DNA of 64,000 nt from Candidatus Jordarchaeales archaeon (GTDB lineage: Archaea > Asgardarchaeota > Jordiarchaeia > Jordiarchaeales > Freyrarchaeaceae), in contig JAWAHN010000002.1 of assembly GCA_038889235.1 (NCBI GenBank), positions 104,288 through 168,287 of the forward strand, in the 5' to 3' direction. Under the pieces are notes generated by a model that was not told where the DNA came from, did not search any database, and saw nothing but the letters and a program-made list of their open reading frames with translations. The translations under genes were made by a program, and so were the position numbers. Of the stretch, positions 18,395 to 27,277 are shown piece after piece (the first letter of the stretch is position 1; each line of letters opens with the position of its first letter).

Positions 18395-18948
18395 ACGCCA
18401 GCAGCGGACAGGGCTTCATCAAAAGCTCTAACCTGCTCTTTGTCGATATCGCACAAAACAATTTTCTTCAACTTGGTTCCCGAGTTGATGTGTCTCACGA
18501 GAACCTGAACCATTCTCCTTGCAGCCTCGTCCCGTGGAACACCTCCAACGCCAGTTCCGAGAGCTGGGACAGCCAGAGTCTTAACACCGAGCTCCTCCGC
18601 ACATCGAAGCGCTGCTTCCATGGCCATCTCGACTTTTTCGGGAGTAGTGGCCATAGCGGGCTCCTCCATGGTAGGCGCGTGAATCACGTATTTTGCTTTG
18701 AGCTTTCCTGCAGTTGAAGCTATAGCCTGACCTACAGGTACAAAGGGTTCACCTCTTTTATCCCTCGGCGCCCTTTTTCGAGCGTCCTCCTCGATTTCAA
18801 CGCCACCAGCTCTCTTGATAGCACCAGCAACCCCGCCACCCATCCACAAACGGCTGTTGGCAGCATTAACTATGGCGTCGACTTCAAGCTTAGTTATATC
18901 CCCAACATGCGTCTCAATCTTAACTCCCCTGTATTCCCGTTCCAACAC
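18391..18948 (-). CDS. macro domain protein (ADP-ribose binding / Appr-1''-p processing)
   Basis: DAIVNAANSRLWMGGGVAGAIKRAGG and the GxG phosphate-binding loops of macro domains. Confidence 0.85.
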   Translation of the reverse strand: MLEREYRGVKIETHVGDITKLEVDAIVNAANSRLWMGGGVAGAIKRAGGVEIEEDARKRAPRDKRGEPFVPVGQAIASTAGKLKAKYVIHAPTMEEPAMATTPEKVEMAMEAALRCAEELGVKTLAVPALGTGVGGVPRDEAARRMVQVLVRHINSGTKLKKIVLCDIDKEQVRAFDEALSAAGV

Positions 18949-18979
18949 ACTCCCCCCTTACAATTTTTGTCCCTTACTC

Positions 18980-19462
18980 TTACTTTAGCATTTCCTTTTT
19001 CAACTCTCTTTTGACCACCTTACTTTGTAGCGCGGCTAGAATAAGAATGCTCACGACAATTAGGAACGCGCCCGCCGCGTTCGGCATCAAGAAAATAGAA
19101 GTCATGATAACTATCACTGGCTGCGCTAAGAGAACATGGTAGTTGTACTTCCATGGTGAAGTCATCCGCCACAGAAGAATTATGTTAAATGCCAGCAGCC
19201 ATAGTGAGAACGCTAACTGCAAGGCGTAAATTGATGGCAGTGTTGAAATCGAAGAATAAATGAATGCTGTAAGCATCATGTTCAAGGGGTTAGAAGTGGC
19301 TCCAAGCAACGGCAACGTCGCGCTTCTCACATCGTTAACCGAGGAAAGCAATGCGTATACAATGTAGGAGAATAAGGCCGCATAAACTACTTCGACAGAG
19401 AGCAATAGTGTTATTATTCTCATGACGGACTTTTCTGCCAAACTTGAACTGCACCTCCCCAA
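18980..19462 (-). CDS. small integral membrane protein, hypothetical
   Basis: 160 aa with 4-5 hydrophobic segments and a C-terminal KRELKKEMLK tail. Confidence 0.4.
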   Translation of the reverse strand: MGRCSSSLAEKSVMRIITLLLSVEVVYAALFSYIVYALLSSVNDVRSATLPLLGATSNPLNMMLTAFIYSSISTLPSIYALQLAFSLWLLAFNIILLWRMTSPWKYNYHVLLAQPVIVIMTSIFLMPNAAGAFLIVVSILILAALQSKVVKRELKKEMLK

Positions 19463-19618
19463 AGGCGCTAATAGATGGCAGTGGTCTTTAACACTTTTAC
19501 TTTTCGAACTCTTTGTCTTTTTATCTTTTGGGAAAGTTTAAAAATTCCGTCATCCCTTCTTATTCAAGAAAGTTCTAGGTTTCCAATATTAGCAGCAGAG
19601 AAGGGAGGGCGAATCCAT

Positions 19619-19945
19619 ATGGCTAAATCAAAGGAAAAAGGTTCTTCGACGGAAAATATGGTTTTTGTAGGTAAAAAACCGACAAAGTGAGGCGGAAGCC
19701 GCCCACGTCGAATGAGTTATGTTTTGGCGTGTGTAATGCAGTTTAGTCAAGGAGCCAATGAGGTGAGAGTCGTAGCGCGTGGAAGAGCGATTTCAAAGGC
19801 AGTCGACGTCGTGGAAATAGTGAGGCAGCGCTTCATGCCAGACTCCGTGAAACTAGGAGAAATTAAAATCGGAACAGAAACTATTGGCTCAGGCGAAGAC
19901 CAACGCAACGTGTCCACAATAGAGATACAGCTCGTCAGAGTGTAA
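19619..19945 (+). CDS. alba: DNA/RNA-binding protein Alba, interrupted by a 27-nt BHB intron (exons 19619..19685 and 19713..19945)
   Basis: Exon 1 encodes [22 protein letters not shown] (the conserved Alba beta1 VvlvGkKPvmnYV). An in-frame TGA follows at 19688-90. Exon 2 encodes (M)[42 protein letters not shown]...[12 protein letters not shown]. Removing 19686..19712 gives GKKPTMSYVLA, which is colinear with Alba orthologs. GGAGG lies upstream. Confidence 0.75.
19686..19712 (+). other. predicted 27-nt bulge-helix-bulge intron inside alba mRNA
   Basis: H2 is cgac (19680-83) / gtcg (19707-10), 4 Watson-Crick bp. The bulges are aaa (19684-86) and aat (19711-13). The intron hairpin is gtg-a-ggcgg aag ccgcc-cac (19687-19706). 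Cleavage after the 2nd nt of each bulge removes 19686..19712, takes out the in-frame TGA, and rebuilds an ATG codon from a19685 plus t19713-g19714. Confidence 0.65.
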
Positions 19946-19967
19946 AAACTTCAGGAGGCTACGGTTC

Positions 19968-20171
19968 TTGATAGTTGTTGAAAAAGTTAAGAGGAATGAC
20001 GTGAGGTGCGGCAAATGCGACGCACCTCTCACATTTACCCTTATTTGGGAGAACGGAAAGTACTCTTGGACCTACGAGTGTGAAAACTGCTCGTCTGCTC
20101 AAAAACAAAAGAAGGATCTTTGTGAAGACATGAGAGATGAATTTGTTAAGAGACTTGTGAGGTCATGGTAA
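19968..20171 (+). CDS. small CxxC...CxxC zinc-finger protein, hypothetical
   Basis: 67 aa. RCGKCDAP...YECENCSS forms a Cys4 ribbon. Confidence 0.45.
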   Translation: MIVVEKVKRNDVRCGKCDAPLTFTLIWENGKYSWTYECENCSSAQKQKKDLCEDMRDEFVKRLVRSW

Positions 20172-20174
20172 TCT

Positions 20175-20756
20175 TTGCGGTTCAAGTGTCTTAAGTGTGG
20201 GAGTTGTTGTAGAGATAAAAAAACCATAGTCACATTGACTCATAAAGACATAATTAGGATCGCTGAGTTCTTGAGTTTGGACGAAAGAAGGCTTGTAAGG
20301 GATGTTCTCATTTTTTACCAAGTTGATGAAGGCCTTAAAAAGCTCCTTGCCTTCCCCTCCGTTGAAACTTTCAGAGGGGAGGCGATCATAGGATTAAGGA
20401 AAAGAGAGGACGGGTCTTGCATATTTTTGCAAGGCAACCTCTGCAGTATATACCCGGCGCGCCCCATGACATGTAGAACTTTTCCCTTCACGTTTTCCGT
20501 AAAGGAGGGATGGCTGAAGTACGGTGTTGCTACAAAGGCCAAGGAACTTTGCCCAGGACTGAACGAAGGCGAGGAGATTGACGAAAACCAGTTAGCTGAA
20601 ATAGGCTTAAGCGCGGTCACCGAACTCGAAGAGTACTCCAGAATAGCTTCGTTGTGGAAGAAGGTGGTCGAAAAAAGCATTCCCGCGATACCCGAACTGT
20701 TAGTTAGGCTCATATTGCAAGGGAAAGATGAAAAGAAAATTGCCTTGACACACTAA
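20175..20756 (+). CDS. YkgJ/UPF0153-family Fe-S or Zn cluster protein (CxxCxxCC)
   Basis: N-terminal KCLKCGSCC (CxxCxxCC), with further Cys at CIF...C...C downstream. Confidence 0.65.
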   Translation: MRFKCLKCGSCCRDKKTIVTLTHKDIIRIAEFLSLDERRLVRDVLIFYQVDEGLKKLLAFPSVETFRGEAIIGLRKREDGSCIFLQGNLCSIYPARPMTCRTFPFTFSVKEGWLKYGVATKAKELCPGLNEGEEIDENQLAEIGLSAVTELEEYSRIASLWKKVVEKSIPAIPELLVRLILQGKDEKKIALTH

Positions 20757-20798
20757 AACAATGCACCTGGAAGTGATGAGTTTAACAGCTGACTGCAG

Positions 20799-21179
20799 CT
20801 ACTCTTTAAATAGTTCAACTTTTACCTTTGCTCCCTGTTTTGCGCTGCGGAAAACCTCAAGCCCCTTAACTACCCTGCCTACGGGGTTTACCTCAGAATA
20901 CGGCCTAATTTTGTCGTAGAACACGCACAATGAGTCCCCCATAGGCCAGTAAGCTATCTCACCCACTTCCACACTTTCTTTTGCGTTTTCCTCCCCAACA
21001 TTTATCCCAACAGAGAAGTATACCTCTTTGTTCTGCCACACGTTAACCTCGCTTGTTATCGGGAGAGCATTAAAAAATGCATCAACCGTTGAAGGAGCCT
21101 TTGACCTGTCAATCTCACCAACAGCCTCTCCAGCACCCTCAATCAGAAAGCGAACCTTAAACTTGTCTGGCGCTCTCAT
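20799..21179 (-). CDS. cyclophilin-like fold protein (TM1367/DUF369-like), hypothetical
   Basis: 126 aa. The GEIAYWPMGDSLCVFY segment resembles cyclophilin-like family proteins. Lies immediately downstream of cdhE. Confidence 0.4.
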   Translation of the reverse strand: MRAPDKFKVRFLIEGAGEAVGEIDRSKAPSTVDAFFNALPITSEVNVWQNKEVYFSVGINVGEENAKESVEVGEIAYWPMGDSLCVFYDKIRPYSEVNPVGRVVKGLEVFRSAKQGAKVKVELFKE

Positions 21180-21237
21180 TTAGAAGAACTCCTCCACACA
21201 TTCTGGCAGCGAAATTAGAAGAAAGAGAAAAAAGAAG

Positions 21238-23007
21238 CTACTTTTTGAGTGTTTCCGCTAGCTTCTCGAACGGAACGACCTCAACTTTCCATCCAGTGCT
21301 CTTCTCAATGGCATTCTTGATGGGAGCCGCCTCCTCCGGAACTATGAGTTTCCTGTGCTTAACTTTCTTGTCCACATCCTCTCTTTGAATAAACTCTTTC
21401 ACGATTTCCCCTGTGAGCTTCCCTTCTTTCACCGCTTCGCTGACCGATAATCCGTCAACGTTGATTACGAGGATCCACGCATCAATCCGCGCGTCTAGTA
21501 ACGGTACTTTCACCCTGTAGAAGTCTTTTATGTTATTGGTTACGAGCACAACTGGGGAATTTTCGTTCGGGTCTCCGACGTATCTAAGACCGTCACGCGG
21601 CCTGTACTTGGTTTTCAGGAAGTCTGGAATAGCACTCGAGTCTTTCGGCCCAACGTAGACGTCCCATCCGCTTGCGTCCTCCAGTTCACCGGCAAATCTT
21701 GCTGCGAGTCCAGGTATTATGACTGCCCTATGTCTCACTTTCTCTGCTACCTTATACTCGTTGAGTGCATCAGCCATTTTAGCAGCGTTCAACTGTCCTC
21801 CAGCCGCAGACGCCTCTACGCCTATACCTCCAGTATCTATTATCACAAGCCAGGCGTCTATCTTGGCTTGCTCTAGGTCTGACCTAACAACGGAAGCCGT
21901 AGATGCATAGTTTGTTGTTATCATTACCGGGCTGTCCTCGTTAGGGTTACCTATCGCGAAAAGTCCAGGCTCAACAGCTGGGTGTATCCTCGGGTCGGTG
22001 TAAATGTTCTGTCTCAGTGTTGCTAGAGCAAGGAAGCTCCACAGTTCCTTGGAGTTTATTATGAGGAGGTCAGCGTATCTGCAGATAAGGGCCGCTGCTA
22101 GGAAGGTCTCCATGAAAGCGGTTTCCAACTTTTCTGCTTCAGTCGCCGCCTCTTTTCCTATCCATAGGGTCGCTGGAACACCTACCAGCGGCCAGCCAAC
22201 CGACTTATCTCCCCTCTCTATTGCAGCCCTTCTAAGCATCGTGAAGCTATCTATGGTGTCCGCTAAAACTCCTGCACCCCACGCCGTTCCTGGGTCTAAC
22301 GCCACCTGTATTCCAGCACTCGAGAGTGTAACCGCAAGGGACTTAAGCGTGTCAAGATCCCCGGGAGCAGCTACGACAACCGGGCACCCTGCTTCGAGTG
22401 CTATCTCAGCTACTTCCTTCCAGTTATCTCTCGTCGCAGCGTATAGCAGTGGCTTCCTGTTTTTCACAACCTCGACGCCCGCCTTAAGACAAGCTGGATC
22501 AAGTGAGCAAAGTATCAGCGGGTAATTCGTATTGTCCGCTACAATCTTCACTGCTCTAGCGAACGTTGCTGGGTCTCTCGAGACAGACTTGATTGCTATC
22601 GCGTCGAGGCGCAGCTCAGCGCCCACTCTGAAAACCGACCAATTGCTTATCAGCTTAACGTTCTTGATAAGCTCCTCCTCAGTCATTTCGTCATGTACGC
22701 AAACAGCTATAGCCGTTGGATTGAAGTATGTCAGCTCATGCCTGTACATCACTTCTTCTCCGCCTATAACCACCTCGTTCCCGTCACCACCGAACTTCAC
22801 GGGCCTAACTGGCGGTGTAACTAGCTCTTTGAGCTCTTCAAACGCCTTTTTGAACTTTGGATCCGTTGCCAACGGTTTGCAATTTTCAACCTCTAGCTCG
22901 TGCTCGATCAATTTGTAAGCGAAGGCCATGCAGCTATCTAAACCGCACTCACCGCAGTTCGTCTTGGGAAGGTAATTGTATATGTCTAGCGGTTTTAACC
23001 GAGCCAT
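21238..23007 (-). CDS. cdhE: acetyl-CoA decarbonylase/synthase complex subunit gamma (corrinoid Fe-S protein large subunit)
   Basis: The N-terminus (LKPLDIYNYLPKTNCGECGLDSCMAFAYKL) is the [4Fe-4S] domain of CdhE/AcsC. A TIM-barrel region follows. The C-terminal domain is tandemly duplicated (SPVMITTNYA...IDAWLVIIDTGG and SPVVLVTNNI...IDAWILVINVDG), giving 589 aa against a usual length near 470. Confidence 0.8.
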   Translation of the reverse strand: MARLKPLDIYNYLPKTNCGECGLDSCMAFAYKLIEHELEVENCKPLATDPKFKKAFEELKELVTPPVRPVKFGGDGNEVVIGGEEVMYRHELTYFNPTAIAVCVHDEMTEEELIKNVKLISNWSVFRVGAELRLDAIAIKSVSRDPATFARAVKIVADNTNYPLILCSLDPACLKAGVEVVKNRKPLLYAATRDNWKEVAEIALEAGCPVVVAAPGDLDTLKSLAVTLSSAGIQVALDPGTAWGAGVLADTIDSFTMLRRAAIERGDKSVGWPLVGVPATLWIGKEAATEAEKLETAFMETFLAAALICRYADLLIINSKELWSFLALATLRQNIYTDPRIHPAVEPGLFAIGNPNEDSPVMITTNYASTASVVRSDLEQAKIDAWLVIIDTGGIGVEASAAGGQLNAAKMADALNEYKVAEKVRHRAVIIPGLAARFAGELEDASGWDVYVGPKDSSAIPDFLKTKYRPRDGLRYVGDPNENSPVVLVTNNIKDFYRVKVPLLDARIDAWILVINVDGLSVSEAVKEGKLTGEIVKEFIQREDVDKKVKHRKLIVPEEAAPIKNAIEKSTGWKVEVVPFEKLAETLKK

Positions 23008-23022
23008 AATGACTCACCTTTT

Positions 23023-24219
23023 CTAAACTCTAGCAGTAACCCAGTTGAGAAGTGGGGGCACCTCCTCTTTCTTAGAGGACGTGAGGTACTCCACGAACGT
23101 CTTGAATATTTGTGCACTCGCTGGGTGAATCATCATGAAGACATCACACCCTACTAGTGACAGTGCTAGCGCCGTTATAGCCTCCCATATAGGCCCTCTG
23201 AACCTCTGGAGACCCCACTCGTCTCCCTTTTTCTTGTCACTCATGTAAGCCTCTCTCGCACCCCAAGCGTTGGTCGTTCCGGACGAAAGCGGCATCTGTA
23301 AGTCTGCATCCCCCTTGAGAGCTGAGAGCCTTATTCTTTCGTACACGCTGAACGAGTACTCCAACCCGTAGCCTAAAGCAGCCGTGGTTGCGTCCTGCAC
23401 AATCCTATTTTTAGGCATGCCTGCATCCATTATGAGCTTGTTAAGCTTCTTTTGGTTGTTCACGTCCAGCTGTGTCCAAGATAGAACGTTGTGCCCATAC
23501 TTCTTAGCCGCGTCAACTATCCTCTTCCAGTCAAGGTTAAGTGACGCTGAGTTGAGCATCAGTCTTTCTCCCTCGGAAACCGCAGCAGCAGCCTCGAGAA
23601 CTTCAGGGTCCTTGTCTGGGTTCCCCGACCCACCTATAAGTATTGGTGTATCGACTGCTTGCAGAACATCCTCTACGACTTTGGCCGCCTCTCTAGCAGG
23701 CGTGTTCTTAACATATGGGTCTGTGCTTATCAGATGCACTGTTACCAAGTCTGCGCCGAACTCGTTAATCGCCTTCTTAGCCCAGTCTGCTGGATCCTCC
23801 ATAACGTCTCCAAAGTGCTCCACTACAGGCTTCGGAAGGCTTATCGGCATGTCGAAAACGTCGAAAGCCACGACGGGCCTGTTAGGATTGTTGAACTCAA
23901 ACCTATAGAAAGCAGGGGCTTTCTCGCCACCGATCTTAATGACCTTCTTACGCGTGCCTCCCTCAGCTCTAGTAGCTCCAAACTGGACCTCAACTATTTC
24001 CCCTGGGTACGACTCAATTGGACGCTCGAATTTTTGCTCGATGAGGGCTGCAGGTATTCTCGCCCTAGCTGCAGGAGGGAGCGCAGCAGCGAACATTCCT
24101 GGTATAACCTTGAGAACCAATTCTTCTGCTTCTATGACGACATCTTCAAGTTCCAGCTCCTCATATTTTCCAAGAATTTCCAGTATCTTCTTGCCTAGTG
24201 CTAATTCGTCTTTAGACAT
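23023..24219 (-). CDS. cdhD: acetyl-CoA decarbonylase/synthase complex subunit delta (corrinoid Fe-S protein small subunit)
   Basis: 398 aa. Its position between cdhC and cdhE, and TIM-barrel pterin-binding-like sequence features, support the call. Confidence 0.75.
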   Translation of the reverse strand: MSKDELALGKKILEILGKYEELELEDVVIEAEELVLKVIPGMFAAALPPAARARIPAALIEQKFERPIESYPGEIVEVQFGATRAEGGTRKKVIKIGGEKAPAFYRFEFNNPNRPVVAFDVFDMPISLPKPVVEHFGDVMEDPADWAKKAINEFGADLVTVHLISTDPYVKNTPAREAAKVVEDVLQAVDTPILIGGSGNPDKDPEVLEAAAAVSEGERLMLNSASLNLDWKRIVDAAKKYGHNVLSWTQLDVNNQKKLNKLIMDAGMPKNRIVQDATTAALGYGLEYSFSVYERIRLSALKGDADLQMPLSSGTTNAWGAREAYMSDKKKGDEWGLQRFRGPIWEAITALALSLVGCDVFMMIHPASAQIFKTFVEYLTSSKKEEVPPLLNWVTARV

Positions 24220-25643
24220 CAGTCTCCCCTGCTCTTATCGCTTCTCCTAATGATGAGCTTGTCCACTTTGATCTTCACGTTCTTGAAGATTAACTGCACT
24301 CCACCTCCGATGGCAGGCACACCTTCGACTGGAACAACGATCTCCGGCACGACGGCCCCGGTTGTCGCGGCTTCAGCCGCAGCCTCAGCTTTAGCTGCAG
24401 CCTCGACAGCCTTCCACCTCTCAACCACTGGGTGCCCTTTAGCCTTAAGGAACTCCTTAAGTTCCGCAGTGTTAGATACATCTTTCTCGGTTGCAATTTT
24501 GTCTCTAAGATGCTCAGGTATCGCGTCAAGAACTCTTTCCTTGACGTAAGACGGCAGCCATACAACTCTGTTCCAACCACCTTCAGCCTGCAGGAACTTC
24601 GGGCTCCTCATATACTCTATAGCGATGCCGAGGAAGCCCTCAACCTGCTTGCCACCACCAGTCTGGTTGGCCATTGTTGAGAACGGCAGACCGTTGACTG
24701 CAACACCTTGATAATTCCTGTCAACGATACCTATGCCGTCAACCTCTGGGATATAGAACGCTATAGCTTCAAAGCACCCACAGCTCGTGTGCGGATGCCC
24801 AAACATGCTATAGAGGAAAACCCTCTGAATTTCACCAAGAGACCTCTCCTTGGCAGCGGCATTTACCCCACTGTACTCTCCTACCACTGGGTCAAGCAGC
24901 TCACCCTTCTCAACCTTGAAGTTTGGACCCTTCGGGTCAACTCTAGCAGCTGCTCTAGCATCAAACCAGTTAATGGAACCACAAAGTGACACCCTGTTAG
25001 GAGTGATAATACACACGTGCGTCGGTGCGAAGCTCTGGCATAACACGCACCCATAAAACTCCTCCACGTCCTCATCCTTTAATCCTCTAGCCCTAGCATC
25101 TCTCGCCTCGTAGATCTTTAGGGCCTGCTCGTACATCTCCTCAACTTTCTTCGGGTCCGTAATATACGTCACCTGTATCTTCTCAATGAACGGGAACTCG
25201 GCCTTATAGAGCCTTGCCAAAACGCCACCGATCTGCTTGAAGCTATTCAATCCTTTCTTAAAGGAGGACTGAGATATGCGGATCCAGATGTCATACCTCT
25301 GGTTAAGGTGCATGACCCCCTCAATATAGTTTGTAAACTCGTGTATACGCCTCTCAAGTACCCCTTCAAGGTCTTTTTCCAATTGCGCCCCTGCAACCTC
25401 AACAAGTATGCCAAGCGGGTATGAACCACCTTGTTCCAAGTCCTTTATATCCGGCCCAATTACACTGACCCTGCCGTCCTCTATTTCGTTGAGACCTCTC
25501 ACTTGTACCAGTTCGAACTTGTGTTTGACCTTCGGACCGCCGAACTCTACCTGCATATCTTTGCTGCGGATTCTCTCTCCTTCGTAGACCGGACCAACAT
25601 CCACGGGGCATATATCCTTAAACGAGGACGCCATGGGCACCAC
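24219..25643 (-). CDS. cdhC: acetyl-CoA decarbonylase/synthase complex subunit beta (acetyl-CoA synthase, A-cluster)
   Basis: 474 aa with HTSCGCFEA (the Cys-Gly-Cys A-cluster ligands) and upstream Cys ligands. A GGAGG Shine-Dalgarno and TATA-like boxes lie in 25660-25760. Confidence 0.85.
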   Translation of the reverse strand: MVPMASSFKDICPVDVGPVYEGERIRSKDMQVEFGGPKVKHKFELVQVRGLNEIEDGRVSVIGPDIKDLEQGGSYPLGILVEVAGAQLEKDLEGVLERRIHEFTNYIEGVMHLNQRYDIWIRISQSSFKKGLNSFKQIGGVLARLYKAEFPFIEKIQVTYITDPKKVEEMYEQALKIYEARDARARGLKDEDVEEFYGCVLCQSFAPTHVCIITPNRVSLCGSINWFDARAAARVDPKGPNFKVEKGELLDPVVGEYSGVNAAAKERSLGEIQRVFLYSMFGHPHTSCGCFEAIAFYIPEVDGIGIVDRNYQGVAVNGLPFSTMANQTGGGKQVEGFLGIAIEYMRSPKFLQAEGGWNRVVWLPSYVKERVLDAIPEHLRDKIATEKDVSNTAELKEFLKAKGHPVVERWKAVEAAAKAEAAAEAATTGAVVPEIVVPVEGVPAIGGGVQLIFKNVKIKVDKLIIRRSDKSRGD

Positions 25644-25832
25644 TCCTCTCCAAATTAAGTCCTCTGTCGTCGAGAAACATTTAAGTTGTCCACTTTTAAC
25701 TTTTTTTGTTAACTTTTATAACTGGTAGAGGCAACGCTCGGCTCAGGGTGGCTGATGGTTTCTCACGTACCTTTCTTATCCGTCGAAAAGCTTTTTGTTG
25801 AAAGGTAACGCTTTTCTGATAGGTGTCTTAGG

Positions 25833-26753
25833 TTGTACGACTTAACTGTCATAGGGCATTTAACGATCGATTTCATATCCCGCTTTGGTGTTAGATTGCG
25901 TAAGTCAGTGGGTGGCCCGCCTTTCTACTGTAGTCTCACTGCACGCGCGCTGGGCGCCAAAGTTGCTGTCGTTTCTAAAACTGCAGTAGGAGAAGACTTG
26001 CGTGAATTTTCATCATTGCTGGGTAACGCTGGAATTTCTACTTTCATATTGAGTGGAAAAGCTACGACGACGTTTGAAATAGATTACAGGGGAGAAAAGC
26101 GCAATCTGAGACTTATATCCCGCGCGGAAAACATTTCGATAAATGAAGTTCCAAGCGAGTCATTAAAGGCATCAGTGGTGTTGCTCAGCCCCGTGGCTGG
26201 AGAGCTAAGTCTAGATTTTGTTAAGGCTCTCCCACGTTACCGTGAAAGTGGTTGTCACTTAATCGCCGGCGACCTTCAGGGTTTTACGAGAATATTTCAC
26301 AAGGACGGCAAAATGTCTTTTAGGCGGCTTGAGGAAGATTTCTTCAGTCTCTTCGACATCATTAAGGGGTCCGAAAGAGAAGTTAAAGCGGTGACCGGTT
26401 GTCGCTCAGTTGAAGAAGCCCTAAAACAGATAACATACTTTGGCCCCAAGATAGCCATAGCAACTCTAGGCGAAAAAGGCGCTCTCGCTCTTTCTGAAGG
26501 CTTGCTCTTCCGAGTTCACCCATTGAGACCTGAAAGCGTTGTCGATACGACTGGAGCCGGGGACGCATTCATCGCAGCCTTCCTTGTAGGATATGCATGG
26601 TCAATGAGCCTAGAAGACTGCTTAAAACTAGCCTGCTCCGCTGCTACGTGTACCGTGGAGAGGAAGCTTCCTCTTGGCGGTGCAAACAAGGAGTATATCG
26701 TGGAGAAAAGCAAGAACGTGCGCATTGAAAAAATATCGCGATTTGAATCATAA
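25833..26753 (+). CDS. PfkB-family carbohydrate/nucleoside kinase
   Basis: TTGAGDAFIAAF (PfkB signature 2) and a GG dipeptide region near the N-terminus. Confidence 0.8.
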   Translation: MYDLTVIGHLTIDFISRFGVRLRKSVGGPPFYCSLTARALGAKVAVVSKTAVGEDLREFSSLLGNAGISTFILSGKATTTFEIDYRGEKRNLRLISRAENISINEVPSESLKASVVLLSPVAGELSLDFVKALPRYRESGCHLIAGDLQGFTRIFHKDGKMSFRRLEEDFFSLFDIIKGSEREVKAVTGCRSVEEALKQITYFGPKIAIATLGEKGALALSEGLLFRVHPLRPESVVDTTGAGDAFIAAFLVGYAWSMSLEDCLKLACSAATCTVERKLPLGGANKEYIVEKSKNVRIEKISRFES

Positions 26754-26856
26754 CACGTCTCTCAATAGTAGTTCCTCTCAAAACGCCACCATACATCTTT
26801 AAAAACTACTAAATAAGGTCGATAAAGTTAGTCTAGTTTAGTTTGAGTTTCATTTA

Positions 26857-27165
26857 TTGTTGGAGGTGTTTGTCGTGATTTGCGTGGAAGAATTCTATGT
26901 AGAGGGAGTGCCTGTGATAGGTTTGAAGGTTAATTTGAATCCGCCCTTTCTGATGATTGTTTGCCAGCGGGGTGTTCTCGCGTGTGGCTATTTTAACATA
27001 GAAGTCGCTGAAAAGTTTGGTGTGTCCGCTGCAATAGTCAAGGGTGTTTCATCGTTCGAGGAAATGTTGAGGGCAAACGTAGTAAGTGTTACATCTAAAG
27101 CCAAGGAGCTTGGGGTAACTGAAAACTGCAGTGGAAAGGACGCGGTTCTCCTTTTCTCATTGTAA
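26857..27165 (+). CDS. DUF1805 (YunC-like) protein
   Basis: 102 aa. The pattern VIGLKVNLNPPFLMIVCQRGVLACGYFNIEV...GVSSFEEMLRANVVSVTSKAKELGV parallels YunC-family proteins. Confidence 0.5.
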   Translation: MLEVFVVICVEEFYVEGVPVIGLKVNLNPPFLMIVCQRGVLACGYFNIEVAEKFGVSAAIVKGVSSFEEMLRANVVSVTSKAKELGVTENCSGKDAVLLFSL

Positions 27166-27277
27166 CCATGAAGCTCCTCCTCTGCAACCAGGAAAAAGTA
27201 CTTAAAAACTATCTTTCTGTTTCTTGGTAGAGTTTGACGGTTAATTCAGTTTATGTGTTTCAGAGAGGTGCTGCTTT

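Noticed and set aside
19475-19690. A 71-aa ORF upstream of alba, treated as an independent gene.
   Set aside because: Only its last 23 codons are meaningful. They match the conserved Alba N-terminal strand and sit downstream of a TATA/Shine-Dalgarno arrangement. The first 48 codons are read-through of promoter DNA.
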